Part shown: positions 62,909 to 64,000 of the stretch, piece after piece
Layout: every line of letters starts with the position of its first letter
Position numbering within the stretch: position 1 is the stretch's first letter
Made by a program: the position numbers and the translations under genes
Assembly: GCA_902627745.1 (NCBI GenBank)
Contig: CACOKG010000001.1
Location: 391 to 64,390, forward strand
Length of the DNA: 64,000 bases
DNA from: an uncultured Pelagibacteraceae bacterium
Lineage (GTDB): Bacteria > Pseudomonadota > Alphaproteobacteria > Pelagibacterales > Pelagibacteraceae
Reading direction: 5' to 3'
Notes under the pieces: model-generated
What the model was told of the DNA's origin: nothing
Database searches by the model: none
The model's input: only the letters and a program-made list of their open reading frames with translations

Positions 62909-64000
62909 ATGAACAATTCTATAAATAATAACAGTTTAAAAGATTCTAAATCCGATATTCTAGATTGGAATTTAGTTCAAGCTGAAATGAAAAATAAATT
63001 AGGACTAGATATTTACGAGAGTTGGCTTAAAAAGATAACTTTTGTCGAGGAAATCAATAATTATATTTTATTATCTGTACCTACCAGATTCATTCGTGAT
63101 TGGATTACATCTAGATATTTAGATCAAATCTTAAAAATTATAAAAAATTATAAAAAAGAAATTATTCGAATTGAATTCAGGATCCATGAAAATAAACTAA
63201 ATTTAATTCAGGATAAAAATAATAATATCATAGAAAATAAAGAAAATGTTTCTTTCATAAAGGACTCTTATTTACAATATAATCGCATAGATCCTAACAA
63301 AAATTTTGATAACTTTATTACTGGTTCCAGTAATAAATTGGCATATGAAGCTTCTGTAAAAGTTTCAGAGAATATTTCACATTATAATCCACTTTATCTT
63401 TATGGTGGTGTTGGAATGGGCAAGACACATCTTTTAAATGCAATTGGTTATCATTTAAAAAAAGATAATAAGGTTATGTTTATATCGGCAGAACGTTTTA
63501 TGTATCAATTTGTAAAATCAATCAAATCTAATGATATGGTCAAATTTAAAGAGTACTTTCGTAATACAGATATTTTGTTAATTGATGATATACAATTCAT
63601 GAATGGTAAAGAGGCAATGCAAGAAGAATTTTTTCATACTTTTAATGCATTATTAGACAAAGGTTCTCAAATTATAATTTCTGCTGATAGATCTCCTAAT
63701 AAGCTGTCAAGAATTCAGGAGAGAATAAAGTCAAGATTTGCAGGAGGTCTAGTTGTGGATATTCAAAAAACTGATTTAGCACTCAGAAAAAAAATCATTG
63801 AAAGTAAAATAAGTGATTTAAATAATTTGTATCCTGAAAAGTTTAATATACCTGAGGAAATTAAGGATTTTATAAGTATTAAAATCACAACGAGTGTAAG
63901 AGAATTGGTGGGTGCAATAAATAGAATTATATCTTTTTCAAGAATTTATAACAAAATACCAAGCTTAGCTGAGACAAAAGTTATATTAAAAGATTTACTT
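62909..64000 (+). CDS. dnaA: Chromosomal replication initiator DnaA (3'-partial; not in the ORF track)
   Basis: Manual translation from ATG 62909: IYESWL, VPTRFIRDWI, FDNFITG, YNPLYLYGGVGMGKTHLL, LLIDDIQF, QEEFFHTFN, KSRFAGGL. Confidence 0.97.
   Translation, partial: MNNSINNNSLKDSKSDILDWNLVQAEMKNKLGLDIYESWLKKITFVEEINNYILLSVPTRFIRDWITSRYLDQILKIIKNYKKEIIRIEFRIHENKLNLIQDKNNNIIENKENVSFIKDSYLQYNRIDPNKNFDNFITGSSNKLAYEASVKVSENISHYNPLYLYGGVGMGKTHLLNAIGYHLKKDNKVMFISAERFMYQFVKSIKSNDMVKFKEYFRNTDILLIDDIQFMNGKEAMQEEFFHTFNALLDKGSQIIISADRSPNKLSRIQERIKSRFAGGLVVDIQKTDLALRKKIIESKISDLNNLYPEKFNIPEEIKDFISIKITTSVRELVGAINRIISFSRIYNKIPSLAETKVILKDLL

Noticed and set aside
1-64000. tRNA, rRNA, riboswitch, prophage, integrase, IS or defence genes
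   Set aside because: None was recognised by eye and the spacers are mostly too short. A tRNAscan-SE or Infernal/Rfam run would be needed to exclude small RNAs.

Overview
A very AT-rich, densely packed alphaproteobacterial chromosome segment. Gene content, order and near-zero intergenic spacing fit SAR11 / Pelagibacterales (inference). It is mostly origin-proximal core genome: rho(partial)-mnmE-mnmG-rsmG-parA-parB, holA-lptE-leuS, a porin, dnaJ-dnaK-grpE, maeB, murJ-trpS, fur-miaB-phoH-ybeY-lnt-metK, nusA-infB-rbfA-rpsO-pnp, fabI-fabB-fabA, dut-coaBC-ubiB-ubiE, mutM-rpsT-dnaA(partial). Three accessory-looking islets interrupt it. (1) Between dapB and dnaJ, a sulfation cassette: GT2, a small signal-peptide membrane protein whose predicted mature form starts with Tyr, a membrane-anchored arylsulfotransferase and a PAPS-dependent sulfotransferase. 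This is the best candidate for an undescribed system. (2) An FkbM methyltransferase plus a GT61-like gene after pnp. (3) katG, an AspH-like oxygenase and a small membrane protein behind irr, with three matching Irr/ICE-like boxes. Features absent from the ORF track include a 39-aa ArfA-like ORF, a 55-aa membrane ORF, dnaA, a parS site inside rsmG, RpoH-type promoters, a nusA leader terminator and a purine-rich GAAY repeat leader before pnp. I saw no rRNA, tRNA, CRISPR array or mobile element. All calls come from motif recognition by eye; no searches were run.
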